NCBI RefSeq assembly: GCF_006345805.1
Contig: NC_043007.1
Location: forward strand, 2,914,001-2,978,000
Direction: 5' to 3'
Source: Octopus sinensis
Taxonomy: Eukaryota
Length of the DNA: 64,000 nucleotides
The notes under the pieces were generated by a model. It was not told the origin of the DNA. It ran no database searches and worked only from the letters and a program-made list of their open reading frames with translations. The first letter of the stretch is position 1, and each line of letters starts with the position of its first letter. The translations under genes were made by a program, and so were the position numbers. Below are positions 63,853 through 64,000 of this stretch, one piece after another.

Positions 63853-64000
63853 AGTTTAACGTAAACGGTATCTGTGCAATATCGCCTGAGTCCTCGAGAT
63901 ACCAGCACCCTCTATCTGGAGTCCACAAGGACCAGCCAACATTCAGGGCCCCAGACATCTCTAAGAGGTGAAACCACTAATCCAGGCACTTTTTTATTCC

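Overview
Eukaryotic, very AT-rich non-coding DNA packed with repeats. The SINE families and the (TA)n/(TAA)n/(GATA)n load look like an octopus (coleoid cephalopod) genome; this is an inference, not a database result. No host protein-coding gene could be supported, and most ORFs in the track are translations of microsatellites or antisense frames of LINEs. Recognisable content: two long Tx1/L1-type LINE copies (11191-15028 minus, inside (GATA)n; 20095-24131 plus, 16-bp TSD, nested in an older Tx1 remnant that itself splits a Helitron); many R4/Dong-like RLE LINE fragments and five copies of a ~560-bp non-coding element, all in (TAA)n arrays; Penelope-like remnants including repeats with minimal hammerhead ribozyme motifs; Tc1/mariner remnants; three non-autonomous Helitrons; two MITE-like elements; an RTE fragment; and more than 20 tRNA-headed SINEs. 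Best leads: (1) a SINE family sharing its 3' stem-loop plus AATAAA tail (23/24 nt) with the Tx1 LINE, with compensatory changes in the second Tx1; (2) a retrozyme-like unit with two identical 217-bp hammerhead-bearing repeats 515 nt apart; (3) a (GATA)n-embedded ORF2-only Tx1; (4) a (TAA)n-restricted non-autonomous retroelement. All alignments and folds were done by eye, so coordinates of degenerate copies are approximate.
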